Assembly: GCF_902459465.1 (NCBI RefSeq)
Contig: NC_047074.1
Span: forward strand, 3,348,001 to 3,412,000
Length of the DNA: 64,000 nucleotides
Reading direction: 5' to 3'
DNA from: Asterias rubens
Taxonomy: Eukaryota
The notes under the pieces were generated by a model. The model was not told the DNA's origin. It searched no databases and worked only from the letters and a program-made list of their open reading frames with translations. Positions 46,481 through 58,400 of the stretch are shown here, piece after piece (within the stretch, counting starts at the first letter, position 1; each line of letters opens with the position of its first letter). The translations under genes and the position numbers were made by a program.

Positions 46481-49400
46481 TTAAGATTTTGGCCTTTTGA
46501 TAAAGACCTTAATTGCGCCGTTGAAATCCCCACACACAAGTACTTCTCCCTGGTCCAAGAACCTCTTGAGTGAGCTCTTCTTCTCCGCTTTGGTTTCCGT
46601 CTTGCCGTGGATCATCTCGCGCTTTGCCTTTGTGATTGGACTGTGCTTGCTCTCCGTGCTGGACGGGGCTGTGTCTAACGGGGTAGGAGGAGTGGGGTCG
46701 GTCTGCTTAATCACCAGGGAGGGTTGAGGAGAGAACACGGCTGTGGTGACGACGGCGTCATTAGCTGAAACAATGGAAATTAAGATTTTGTTATTTGTGT
46801 CAAATAAAAAATGGCTTTGTTTTTGTCAACGCTCATACACTTGGGTGACTAGAAACCTGTATAACAAGTCAGCCTATATTTGTATAGACGAAATGACCTA
46901 TGACATCGCATGTTTAGAGCCACTTCAAACCTGGACCGAGCCTGCAGGCACAATTTGTACACAGCTCAATGGAAGAAAACATGATATCTTATATTTTTTG
47001 GAGAAGCGGGGTGTATCAAAGCGCTCAGTAAGTTTTCCTTCAATGTGGAACTTCGTTTATGAGACCGGTATGAGACCTATTCCTTTATAGCACCATGTGA
47101 TGGTTTACAAGGTGCTGTAGCGCAATATGCTGCAGATCAAAACAGCAACACCAGGGGTGCGTTCCACTCGCGCAAACGTTGCCAACAGTTGCGCACGTTC
47201 GCCAACAATTTCAAGTGGAACGAGTTGTTCGCCGCCACCGTTGGCGAACGTTGGCAACTTTAGGCGAACATACTTCTGAGGTGTTGACGAGTGATTTTTT
47301 AAATGGCGGACAAGCATACGGTATTATTTCTTTGTCACAAACATAATTACACTGTATTTTCGGTGGATGATAGTGCAGATTTGGAATAACAAAGTCAATT
47401 AGTTGATGTAATGATGTCAAAAAGAGGACTATTGCAGCAAAATAAAGTTTTAAAAAAACTACGTATGGTGCGCGCCATCTTCATTTCAGGGCGCCTCCAT
47501 ATTGACATCGCGTATGCGCACCAATCGTTCAAAAAATAAAAAACGTTTGCGCGAACAGTTGCGAGTCGTTTGCGCGAGTGGAACGCACCCCTGGGCCAAT
47601 AACATACCTTTAATGGACTCCCAGAAGTCGTTACGATCTTTCCGCACTGAAGTGAACTTGGCAAAATCATAACAAGTCTTCCATATGTAGATACAATGAT
47701 CTTCAGAACCGCATACAATATACCTGAAGTTATGACTGTGGAAGAGAATACAATAATGGTTGATAAATATTTTTTTTAAATCAATTGATTTGATGAAAGA
47801 AACCGTTGATGACAAAATTACTTCACAAATCGAGTATGAACCACATTTTCTTTCGGCCTACAGTAAGAATGAATTCCATGTAGGGTCTTGTCAAAAATTA
47901 CTCCAGGACAGGTAGTCGTATAACAAGTCTCATATGTCAAAATTTTGTTGGATTTCCGTCAGACTGTATTTCTATGAGAGACATACATGTACATGTATTG
48001 TAGTTTTACTCACTGAAAGACGCACAGTTCTCCAATGCTCTTAAGGTATGCCCTGCGCCAATGCATCCGCTGAGCGCACTGCTGTTTGACTGGTTGAGTA
48101 AATGAAGTGTACAAACTTGTGGTTTTAAAGCTGATCTGGAATTTTTTTTTCAATTATTGATGTGCATGGTGGTTTTCTATAGTGAGACTTTTCTTTTCTG
48201 GAAAGAGACCCCCAACTTGTTTCCCAGCAGGTAAAAACCTAAGTCTCTGCAGTTTTCTTTACCCCAGGCACTAATGTTTTTTGCACAACACCCAATTTCA
48301 AACAAGGTGAAATATTTCGGCGGGTATAAAAAAATCCCACAATACAATTTCTTACTTATGTAAGGATTTATTGATTAGCGCTCCGATCTTTGGGGCACTA
48401 TATAAGTGCCTTTTATATTGTATATATTGAAATAAACTTTACCTGAAAGATGCTCTTATTTGACTGCTAACGTTGGTGCAACCTTTGTACTTGCAGGTCA
48501 ATGAAAGGTCACGAAGGTCATACAGCCTCAGTCGAGAATCATTAGATGTCACAAGAATCTACATAGGGACATGGAACAAAATGTTTTTTAGCTTTTTTTT
48601 AGCATATCAACCAAACTTTAATATCTTCATAATAATTATTTCCAAAATATGTCCTCTACTACCCATAGCTTTAAACAAATGTGGTTGATAACCAAGTCAC
48701 GATTAATAATATAATTTAAAAAAAAGACATTTGTAAAGCTCCTAAAATGCAGAAGCCTATAAGTGCATAAAGAAAACAGTAAAACGGGAGGCCGGGCAGC
48801 ATGTGCAATTTCTAGGCATCGATCGTTGTGTAGAGTTCGCGAAAGATCGCTATAGCAGGCGGTCACAGTCACAAAGGGTCAAATTCTTGGCACATTGATC
48901 GGCCGGTGTCCGGCAGGCATTCATCCAATGTCCTACCTATGTCATGTATGTGTGATAAACAATGTGTAAACTTGTAAACGCCCGATGTGTGCGGTGCCCT
49001 GCCAAATTCTTTGCGTTCAATTAAGGATGCGAGACACCGCACAAGGATATAAGTTAAAAGTAACCCGATGCTCGCCCAGTCTCAAAAATGACCCGGCAGC
49101 CACAAGGAGTCCTGTGGTGCCCTGGCCGAAAATGCCTAGAAATCCATCGCAAGCTACTCATAAACCCATCGCAAGCTATTGTGACTCGGGTATAAAGAAA
49201 AATAATGAAGTCAGGAGATCAGACTATTCCCACTTACCTTATCCTGTCCAGGAAGAGGTTCAATGGCTGTGACCTTCCGTCCAACAGCGTTACGCCCTCG
49301 GGTGGATCGTACATGAATCTGACTGTAGTACTTCAAGTGCTGGGAAAGATAAAAATCTTCACAATAACTGCACCAATTTAAAGGGGAAAATTAAAAGTCC

Positions 49401-52400
49401 GGCCTTTAGTGGCACAAACAAAGGCATTTAAAGCCCTTTTCACACTACTCTAAAACCTGGGGGCAACCCCAGGAAGACACGGCAAGCCCTTTCACACCTG
49501 GAGCGCTTTACCCCTGATCTACCCCAGCAAATGGGCATACCCCGGGACATAGCTACCCCTGCTCTGGAGTAGGGGTTAGTGGTAAAAACCCTTTGGTATT
49601 CTTGAAAAGTGCAACCGAAAACCTTGTGAAATAGGGACCTAGGTGGGGACAGTGTTAGAGTTCATCGGGGTAACAATGGGTAAAACAAAACCTGTCTCCC
49701 CGGGGCTTCCCCATGGCTGAATTCCACGGGAAAAGAGATACAGTGTGACAAGGGCAATTCAGACCGAACAAAGAAATAACAAAATTTCACCTCTGTGTCG
49801 TAAAAAATGCATCTGCCATCGTACGTCCCCACCACAGCAAAGCGGCCATTTTGTATAAAGTTGGCTGCCGTGATGAGCTTGGTAGGTCCATCCACCTCAT
49901 TCCACAGAGCCACTTTCTTGTCCGGGATGTTCCACAGTCGGAGTTTACCATCCAGTGAACCACTCAGAAAATATCTGTCGTCCTGTAAGAAAAATTTATC
50001 TTAGAATCTAATAAAGTTCTAAAACAAAGCCGTGTATTACTGTTCCTATTTAATTTCACCTGAGTATAACGCAGCAAAAAACAACAAGATTAGCAACTTC
50101 TGGAGGTATGGTGATGGTTAAACAGTAACCAATGGTCTTTAAAGAAAGTATTGTTTGAAGCTTTGCAAGGTGTGGCGAAATAGGGAGAAACTATAAATTA
50201 ATAGTAAACTTGCGGGTATAACCATTTGTAAATCTCTTAGGGTGAGTGTTGGCTCTGAAAAGAGCCGGTTCGGTCTCGACGTCTGAACAGTATACTCTGC
50301 TCATTGTCAGGAGGGTTCAAGGGTTAAAGAGAGAACGGGAAGGGAACCTGATGCGAAAATGTGAATCAACAGAGGACAGACGACTCATCTAAAGGTTAAT
50401 CACATAATTTTCGTGAAGTAGTCTCATGAAAGATGCTGAAAAAATAACTCACCCTCGGATGGAAAGCAATGGCTGTCACAAAGTCAATGTGTTGAAAGCA
50501 GCACAGGCATTCATTCCTTGAGATATGCCATAATCGGACTGTCTTATCCATTGACGACGAAAGAATGAAGTAGTTCTGAAAAAAGCACAATCATGAACTA
50601 TGAAGATCATTCTTGACTTATTGGTAAAAGAAGCTTGTGTTACAATATAAAGTAACTATGTTATTTAGTTTTACCCTGAAACCGATGTGAATTAAGCACT
50701 GTACACTCACTATAAACACTATATACCCAGAGAGCTAGCATCATTAGTCAGACATTTTTTGAGGAAAAAAAGTGAAAATCTCAGTGAAAATTTTCAGGAG
50801 AGTCGTATTAATCCGTTAGACATGCTTTAACAAATTTCATCTCACCAAGACAGAAACTTATACTTGTGAAATTATTTCACTAATTTCTCCAAAGCTACAG
50901 CACCTCAGCAAGTAATATTTTAAAGAGAAGCTTTCTACCATCATTATCTTAAAAAAAAAACAATTAAGTTTAATGTAAACCTGTGGACGCTTGCTTTTTG
51001 TCTTAGAAAATTACCCAAACCCTTTAAAGTGACTACCCGTCTAGTATGTGAGTTCTCAAACCGAGTCCCAGTCATTCAACATCGATGAGTACCCTTGGTA
51101 CATTTGTTTAATTACCTTGGACCATGACACATCAAGAACGTCCGCCGTGTGCCCGGAGTACTCAAAGAACGGTGTACGCGCAAACACTGCCATCTCATCG
51201 TCCAGGGCGCTTTCCCGGAGTGGTGTATCGGCAAGCTCTGGCTGCGCTTCTTCTTCTGGTTGTACTGCCGTCTCCTTCTTCTCAGCCTCTTGATCGTCTT
51301 CGTCTTCCGGTCTCTCTTCGATCACTTCCTGGGATCCGCGCCGCTCCCTCTCAAGACTGGAGGCACGGTCCTGTACGAATGCAAAAATAACTGGTTAAAA
51401 TCCTGGGAAAGTCTGTCTGAACACGAATACCTTCCAGTAAGTGTGGGGACTTCCTCCTTTCCGATTCAGAGGGGAACAGCCACATTTGATGTAAACCAAA
51501 CAAAAAGAAATCCCAGAACATTTGGGAGATTATTTGTCTTACTTTCTTAAGTCATGGTTTCATTCCTATTCATTCCTAAAATTATTCCTGCATGTGAACA
51601 GACTTTTTGTTCTTGAGAACTCCTGGCGGTAAGGATGATAATGGGTGCGTTCGTTTAGCTTCCCAGGGTTTATCCCTTGACAAGAGCTAAACGAACGACC
51701 ACTCACCGCTCTCGGAGGGACATCGTTTACCTGGGGCCAGCCCCCAAGTGACCCACTCCACAAGCAGGGCACTGGGGGCTGACCTGGGTGAGCTCCTGGA
51801 ATGACGTCAAAAGCTATTCCAACGCACCGGGGCAGACCGGGATGACCCAGGGAAGCTAAACGAATGCAACCAATACCTAGTTTTCATTTTAGCGCATTTC
51901 ACAATAACATATCAATCTGCTTTCCATTAGTAATAATAATCATAAAAATAATAATAACTGTATTTACATGTATAACGCTCCGTTTCCAAAGAATACAAAG
52001 TGCCATGGTCATTGGGCTAGTAACATTCCAGTAATATTTCTAACAGCTCCTGGGCTGCCGCGGTGCTCCGAAGGCTTTTTCATACACATTATCAACCTTT
52101 ACCCTAACATACCCAATTATTCCCATGGGTGAGGAGAAGCAACTATAGTGAAGTGTCTTGCTCAAGGTCACAAGTGTCACGACCAGGATTCCAACCTACA
52201 CCTAGACTTGACTCTAGTCCCAATCCCACGAGAGCCCTTTTATTTTCAGTCCCATCGCCAAACATCAGAAAACTTTTGCGCTGCTGGCATCCCCCAATGT
52301 TGGACCCCAATAGCTTCATCTTGATGCCCCAATAAAAGCTTAGGAACCACGAAGGCTCTCACACGAACAGGACTTGAGCCAGGTGTAAACTAAAGCCAAT

Positions 52401-55400
52401 GACCCAACCACTAGGACTTGAGTCTGGTAGACCCCTCTGCCATGACATGCTACACTAGCAATTTATGGTGAAGTTTCCTACTCAATATGTACATACCTGT
52501 TCTCTTGACTCGTTACTGTATCGTTGCCGCATGTCATCAAAGTACTTGTAATGATCTTTCAAAACCCAGACACGCAGCATTCTGTCCTGACCGGCTGTGG
52601 CCTGCAAAGTAACAAAGTTGAAATATTGTATTAAACATGCCGTACACTGCCATCACCATGAAGTGTACTCGAGCCGAACAAATATTCAATCTGCCAAAAG
52701 TCCACCAGTCTAACCATTGGAATTAGCCAACAATACTTATTCTAGTCAATGTGACTTCAGCAGTTAGCTTGGTAGTATTCGATTTCAAGTCCTACAGTCT
52801 AAAAAATGGGAACTAGACGACAATACTTATTGTAGTCATTGTGAAATCAGCAGTTAGCTTGGCAGGATTCGAACCAACAACCTTGTTATTGCAAGTTCTC
52901 CAGTGTAACCACTGGAACACTTACCAGTAGTCGTCCACATGGTGAGAACTTCATGGTCCAGACAGCTCCAGCATGTTCTCGCCCTAGGTCCTGAGCTAGC
53001 CTCAACTGATCAAAGTCATATGGGCCTTTGTTACTGTTGGCTGCCTTGATCTGTTAAAAAAAAAAATTGAAACGTTTTTTGTTTAAATAACTAGCTTGTA
53101 GGAGAATTTAGGCCTGTAATTTTTTGTTTTTCTTGTAGTGCTTTTCAGTTTGCTGTAAGCGCTTTGAGGAATGCCAATTCATATTGCGCTATATAAATAC
53201 TGTTTTATATTATTATTATTAGCTGGCAAAGAGTTTATTATTATTATTATTAGCTGGCAAAGAGGACAGGGCCCAAGTTCATGGCTCTGCCTACCGTAAG
53301 CAAAGAATCGGCACTTATGAAAAAAGGAAACTCAGCGCTTGCTTCAGGGTTTCGTACCTTCATTGTTCTTGAATCTGGCAGAGATTCTTCATCGCTCGAC
53401 TCTTGCTCCTCGTGTCTGAACGCCTCGTCCGCTGCATTCTTGATCTTAGACAAGATCTTCTTGAACTTTAATCTAATGGCAGAATCGGATCAAAATCATT
53501 ACTTTTCCTCCAGTCATACAATGTAGCGTATTGGGCACCTTCTCAAAAACTATTCCAGGATAAGTTGCGGGAAAAGTGTACACTCAAAGTGTAAATTACT
53601 GAAGATACATGTAAGTTTAAGGACTGATTTGGTTCAGGTTTAGACACTTTCCCTGTAGATAGCTAACTTCTGCAAGTGTGTTAACAGCCTACAGAGCAGT
53701 ATGTGTTTTTGGCCAACTGCGTGATCAGATCTCAAAGCTCTAAACCTGGCAAATGTTTGCATGTAATTTTAACAAAAGGCGTTAATTTTATCACCTCCGG
53801 CATTTCTTGAGACAAATCTTGTGAGTCTGAAAAGACCTTGACAAACATTTTTGTGGGAACTAAAGGAGACAATTGTGCATTAGCAAGAGTGTATTTCATC
53901 AAGTCGAATTGAAAGCTACGTAAATGAATTTGCGTTGTTGCATGACCTCATATGTCTGCTCACAAGAACTGTCAGCCTGTGGTCCAGTGTTAATGATTTT
54001 AAAGCCAGTGGACACTATTGGTTAATGTCAAAGACCAGTCTTCTCACTTGCTGTATCTCAACATATAACAAAACTGTGAAAACTTGTGCTTGATTGGTTG
54101 TCGGAGTTGCGAGATAACTATGAAAGAAAAGAACACCCTTGTCACACGAAGTTGTGTGCTTTCAGATGCTTGATTTCGAGACCTCAAAGTCTAATCTTGA
54201 GATCTCGAATTTGTGGAAAATTACTTCTTTCTCGAAAACTACTCCACTTCAGAGGGAGCTGTTTCTCACAATGTTTTATACTACCAACCTCTCTCATTAC
54301 TCGTTACCAAGTAAGGTTTTATGCTAATAATTATTTTCAGTAATTACATGTACCAATAGTGTCCAATGCCTTTAATCCTGACACTGTCCAAACATCTGCT
54401 CACAGTCTTTGGGAAAATGGGCCCAGGATACAAAATCTACCTACTTTTTAGATTTAGACTTTTTGGCTCCGGCAGCAGTCGACTTTGTTTTCTCTCCGTC
54501 ACTTGCTCCTTCTTTGTCAAGGCTGGAATTACTGCAAAGGAAAGACAAAAAAAAAACATAAACTCGAAAACATCAGAAAGAGAAAACAGAAAAAGGGAGA
54601 AATTTACACAAATATATATTTTTTTTCAATTTAAATAAAGGCTTAAAATATCTTATTTTAAACCCCTTTTGTCTGAGTTTTATTCTCTCAAATCTCTTGT
54701 GTTTCTACTTTCACAACTTTTGAACCAACGGCGGTACCAACATGGGATTTAAACAGGATTCAAGCTCTTTTCAAATGTATCAATTTTTATTTTTTTTTAA
54801 CTCGTCCGACAAACGACTCATTTTGCTTGATTGCACCCCCATTCTGAAACAATTACATCTTCAAGCTGATGCTCATTGTCCACAAAGCACTAAAATGGCA
54901 AGGCTCCCCACTATATTTCTGAACTTCTTCAAGTTTACACTCCATTAAGAAATCTTCGATCAAGTTCCATGCTTCTTCTCATTGAACCCAAAACTCGACA
55001 CTCATGGGGTGACAGGTCTTTTTCTTCAGCTGCGTCACGCATCTGGAACTCTCGTGTCTTTGTACCACAACATTCAAATATCTTCTCAAAACGTATCTTA
55101 TGTCACAGGTTTTCAAGGATTAATTTTGTTGTGTCTGTTTTTCTTTGTTTTGTTTTGTTTGTTTTGTTTGTTTTGGGGTTTTTACTGCGCCTTGAACACC
55201 AAGCAGGGTGGATACGTGCGCATTACAAGTCTTATTATTATTATCATTATTTTTATCATTATGTAAAGGGGAACAGTCTTGAATTGACTGATAAACTCTA
55301 CCTTGGATATTCTGAGGTGATTCTCATGATGTGTAGAGCTAGTGGATTAATGCATTGTGGTAACTGTTCCTCGGCTAGAAGCAGCGGTATTGCCTCCCCC

Positions 55401-58400
55401 GTGTCTAAATTCCTAACAATAACTTGTGACAGTACTTCCTGCAGTTGGAGAAAAAAATCATGAATCCATTCTTAACCTGCCTAAAGAGATTGTAATTTTT
55501 TTTTTTATTTAATTTTTAATGAGATGTTGCCTAACATCACAAGTCCACGGACGGCCACCTTAAAGGCAGTGGACACTATTGGTAATTACTCAAAATAATT
55601 ATTAGCGTAAAACCTTTCTTGGTGATGAGTAATAGGGAGAGGTTGATGGTATAAAACATTGTGCGAAACGGCTCCCTCTGAAGCGCCTTAGTTTTTGAGA
55701 AAGAAGTAATATTCCACGAATTTGATATCGAGACCTCAGATTTAGATTTTGAGGCCTCGAAATCGAAATCAACCATCTAAACGCACACAACTCCGTGTGA
55801 CAAGGGTGTTTTTTGTTTTTTTCATTATAACTTGCAACTTCGATGACCGATTGAGCTCACATTTGTACAGGTTAGTTATTTTATGCATATATGTTGAGAT
55901 ACACCATCTGTGAAGGCTAGTCTTTGACATTTACCAATAGTGTCCAATGCCTTTAAGGTGAGGGCTACACTTAACCGATTTCACCCAAGTGAACTGTTAT
56001 CCGGGACACATTGCCATCTACTCCTGGGGCTGAAACAGGGTTAGCCCCTTCACAGTCCGTAAGGATCTAGGCATGTATATTCGACTGGTACAGGGGTCAA
56101 TTTCACAAAGAGTTAGGACTCGTCTTATCTCAAGGGACGAGTAACTCGTCTTAACTTAGGATTAATCATAAGGTCCGCATGCTACAGTGCAGGGTTTGGA
56201 CTCATCCCAAGTCCTAAGATTAGTCTTAAGTTAGGAAGAGTTTTGTGAAATCGACGGCTGGTCTTACAAATCAAAATATTGCTTAACCATTTTCTTCTAA
56301 GAAAAATGAGCAGGATACCAGTATAAACAGATGGTACATGTGGAATGGTATTTTGGCTGGTAACTTTTTTTCTGATCAGCATAAACTTGTTGTGCTCATC
56401 AGCTAATTAATTAGGCTTAAAGGCACTGGACACGTACTCTCACTTGGTGTATCCCAACAAATCTGTGAAAATTTGGGCTCATTTGGTCATCGAAGTTGCA
56501 CAAAAATAATGAAAGAAAAGCACCCTTGTTGCACAATGCAATCAGCAGCCTGAGAAGAGCTTTGGGTATTCCTTGGATTGAAACATTTGTGAGAAATGAC
56601 CTCTTTCTCAAAAACTACTTCAAAGGGAGTCGTTTCTCAGTTTTGTTATACTATCAGCAGCTCTCCGTTGCTCATTAATACGTTTTTTTTGCCAAATATG
56701 TATTTTAAGTAACTACCAGAACATGTCCAGTGCCTTAAAGCAACTCCCTTAATTAAACCCCCTGCTCTGGGGTGGGTCCACTAAGCTGACTACCTGTGTG
56801 CCTTTGATGGCCCCTTTTCAACCCCCTTTTTTTCCCCTTTTTTTTTCTTTTTCTTTTTTTATGTCAAACCCATTGTTACTCTGTCTGTAACTGTAATGTT
56901 AAACTGTAAATTTTGTAAATTCAAGTGTAAGTAATATCGCCAATGCCAACCAAATTGAAAGTTTTTAATAAACCATGATCAATAATTATAATTCTGACTT
57001 ACTTCATCTGTTAACATCTCTCCCTTAGTGGACTGCCCTTTCATCAGAGCATAATACTGAGCAAGCGTGTCCGTGTCTGGTGTATTTCCTTTACTCTTAC
57101 TACCCCCGTTACCGCTCTTGGCGTCACTGGAACCGCTTTGACCTCTTGGGGGCTTCGGAGGGGGCGGGTTCTTCAAAGCTTCCAGGACTTCCGCTCGAGA
57201 TTCACCTTTGATGCTTTGTGTTTCCTGCAGGATTGTCGAAGATATTTCTTGTGATTAGGGACTTGAACCGAAGACCTCAGGATTACGTTGCCAGCACTCT
57301 TCCAACTGAGCTATCAAGCCCTATACTGGCGGTCTCTCCATAAACTCTGTCAAAATAGCTCTTGCTAACCTGTCAATCCCGAGGTCAAAGGTCCAAATCC
57401 CGCTCAAAATTTAACAGTCAATTGCCCTTGTGGTTTATGATTAGATATTATGTTGTCAAATCTTAGCAGTCACAAAAGTAAAAGTTGCAAAAATGAATTA
57501 ATGGCCTGATGATTTGATCCTAGCAGAGTCTTTCTCGAAGGCTAAAGTAAATGGCAACACAACATACAGGAAAAGGTATCTTGAAGGTAACATAAGCAGT
57601 AAGTGGAACTACATGAATAGTCGCAGCAAAAAGCAAAGGGTATAATAATAGTAATAATATTTATTTTTTATATAGCGCTTTTTACACCATGTTTCAAAGC
57701 ACTTCCAACATTATTACCCTGATCACTGGGCCATTTCATTCCTTAAGCCATCTCAGCTCCCTTTGGAGTATACAGCCTGTGCCGCCAAATATGTAGCGCA
57801 CTAAGCTAACCAACCACATTGACAAGAACCATCTCTGCCCTCACAGGTACCCATTCATCCCTGGGTGGAGAGAAGCAATTATAGTAAAGTTTCTTGCTCA
57901 GGGACACAAGTGTCACAACCGGGATTCGAACCCACACTCTGCTGAACAGAAACACCAGAGCTTGAGTTGGGTGCTCTTATCCGATCGGGCACGACACCCA
58001 CAGATACTGGGTAGGCTATACAACAATAGGGAGAAAAGGAGGGAATAGTATACAAATATTGACTGCTTCGAGTGCTATGTTTAAAACTATGACTCCCAAT
58101 GCCCTAGGTGATCCCCGAAGCGTTATATTTTCCCGAGGCGCAGCCGATGGAAAATGGAACGGTCCAGAGATCACCGAGGGAGTCAGAGTTTTAATCATAG
58201 CACGAGTCAAAGCAGTCAATATTTGTTTTATAACACCCCAACAGACTACAATGTATTTATCATCCTTGACACGTAAAGTTCATACGCTCATTTCAGATAC
58301 ACATATACACAACTGATTGGGTTCGAGGTGGTTAAAAAATACGTCTAGGAACTGCCTGCCGTGTAATAGTTGTTGGACTATCACACAGCAAACAATGCAC

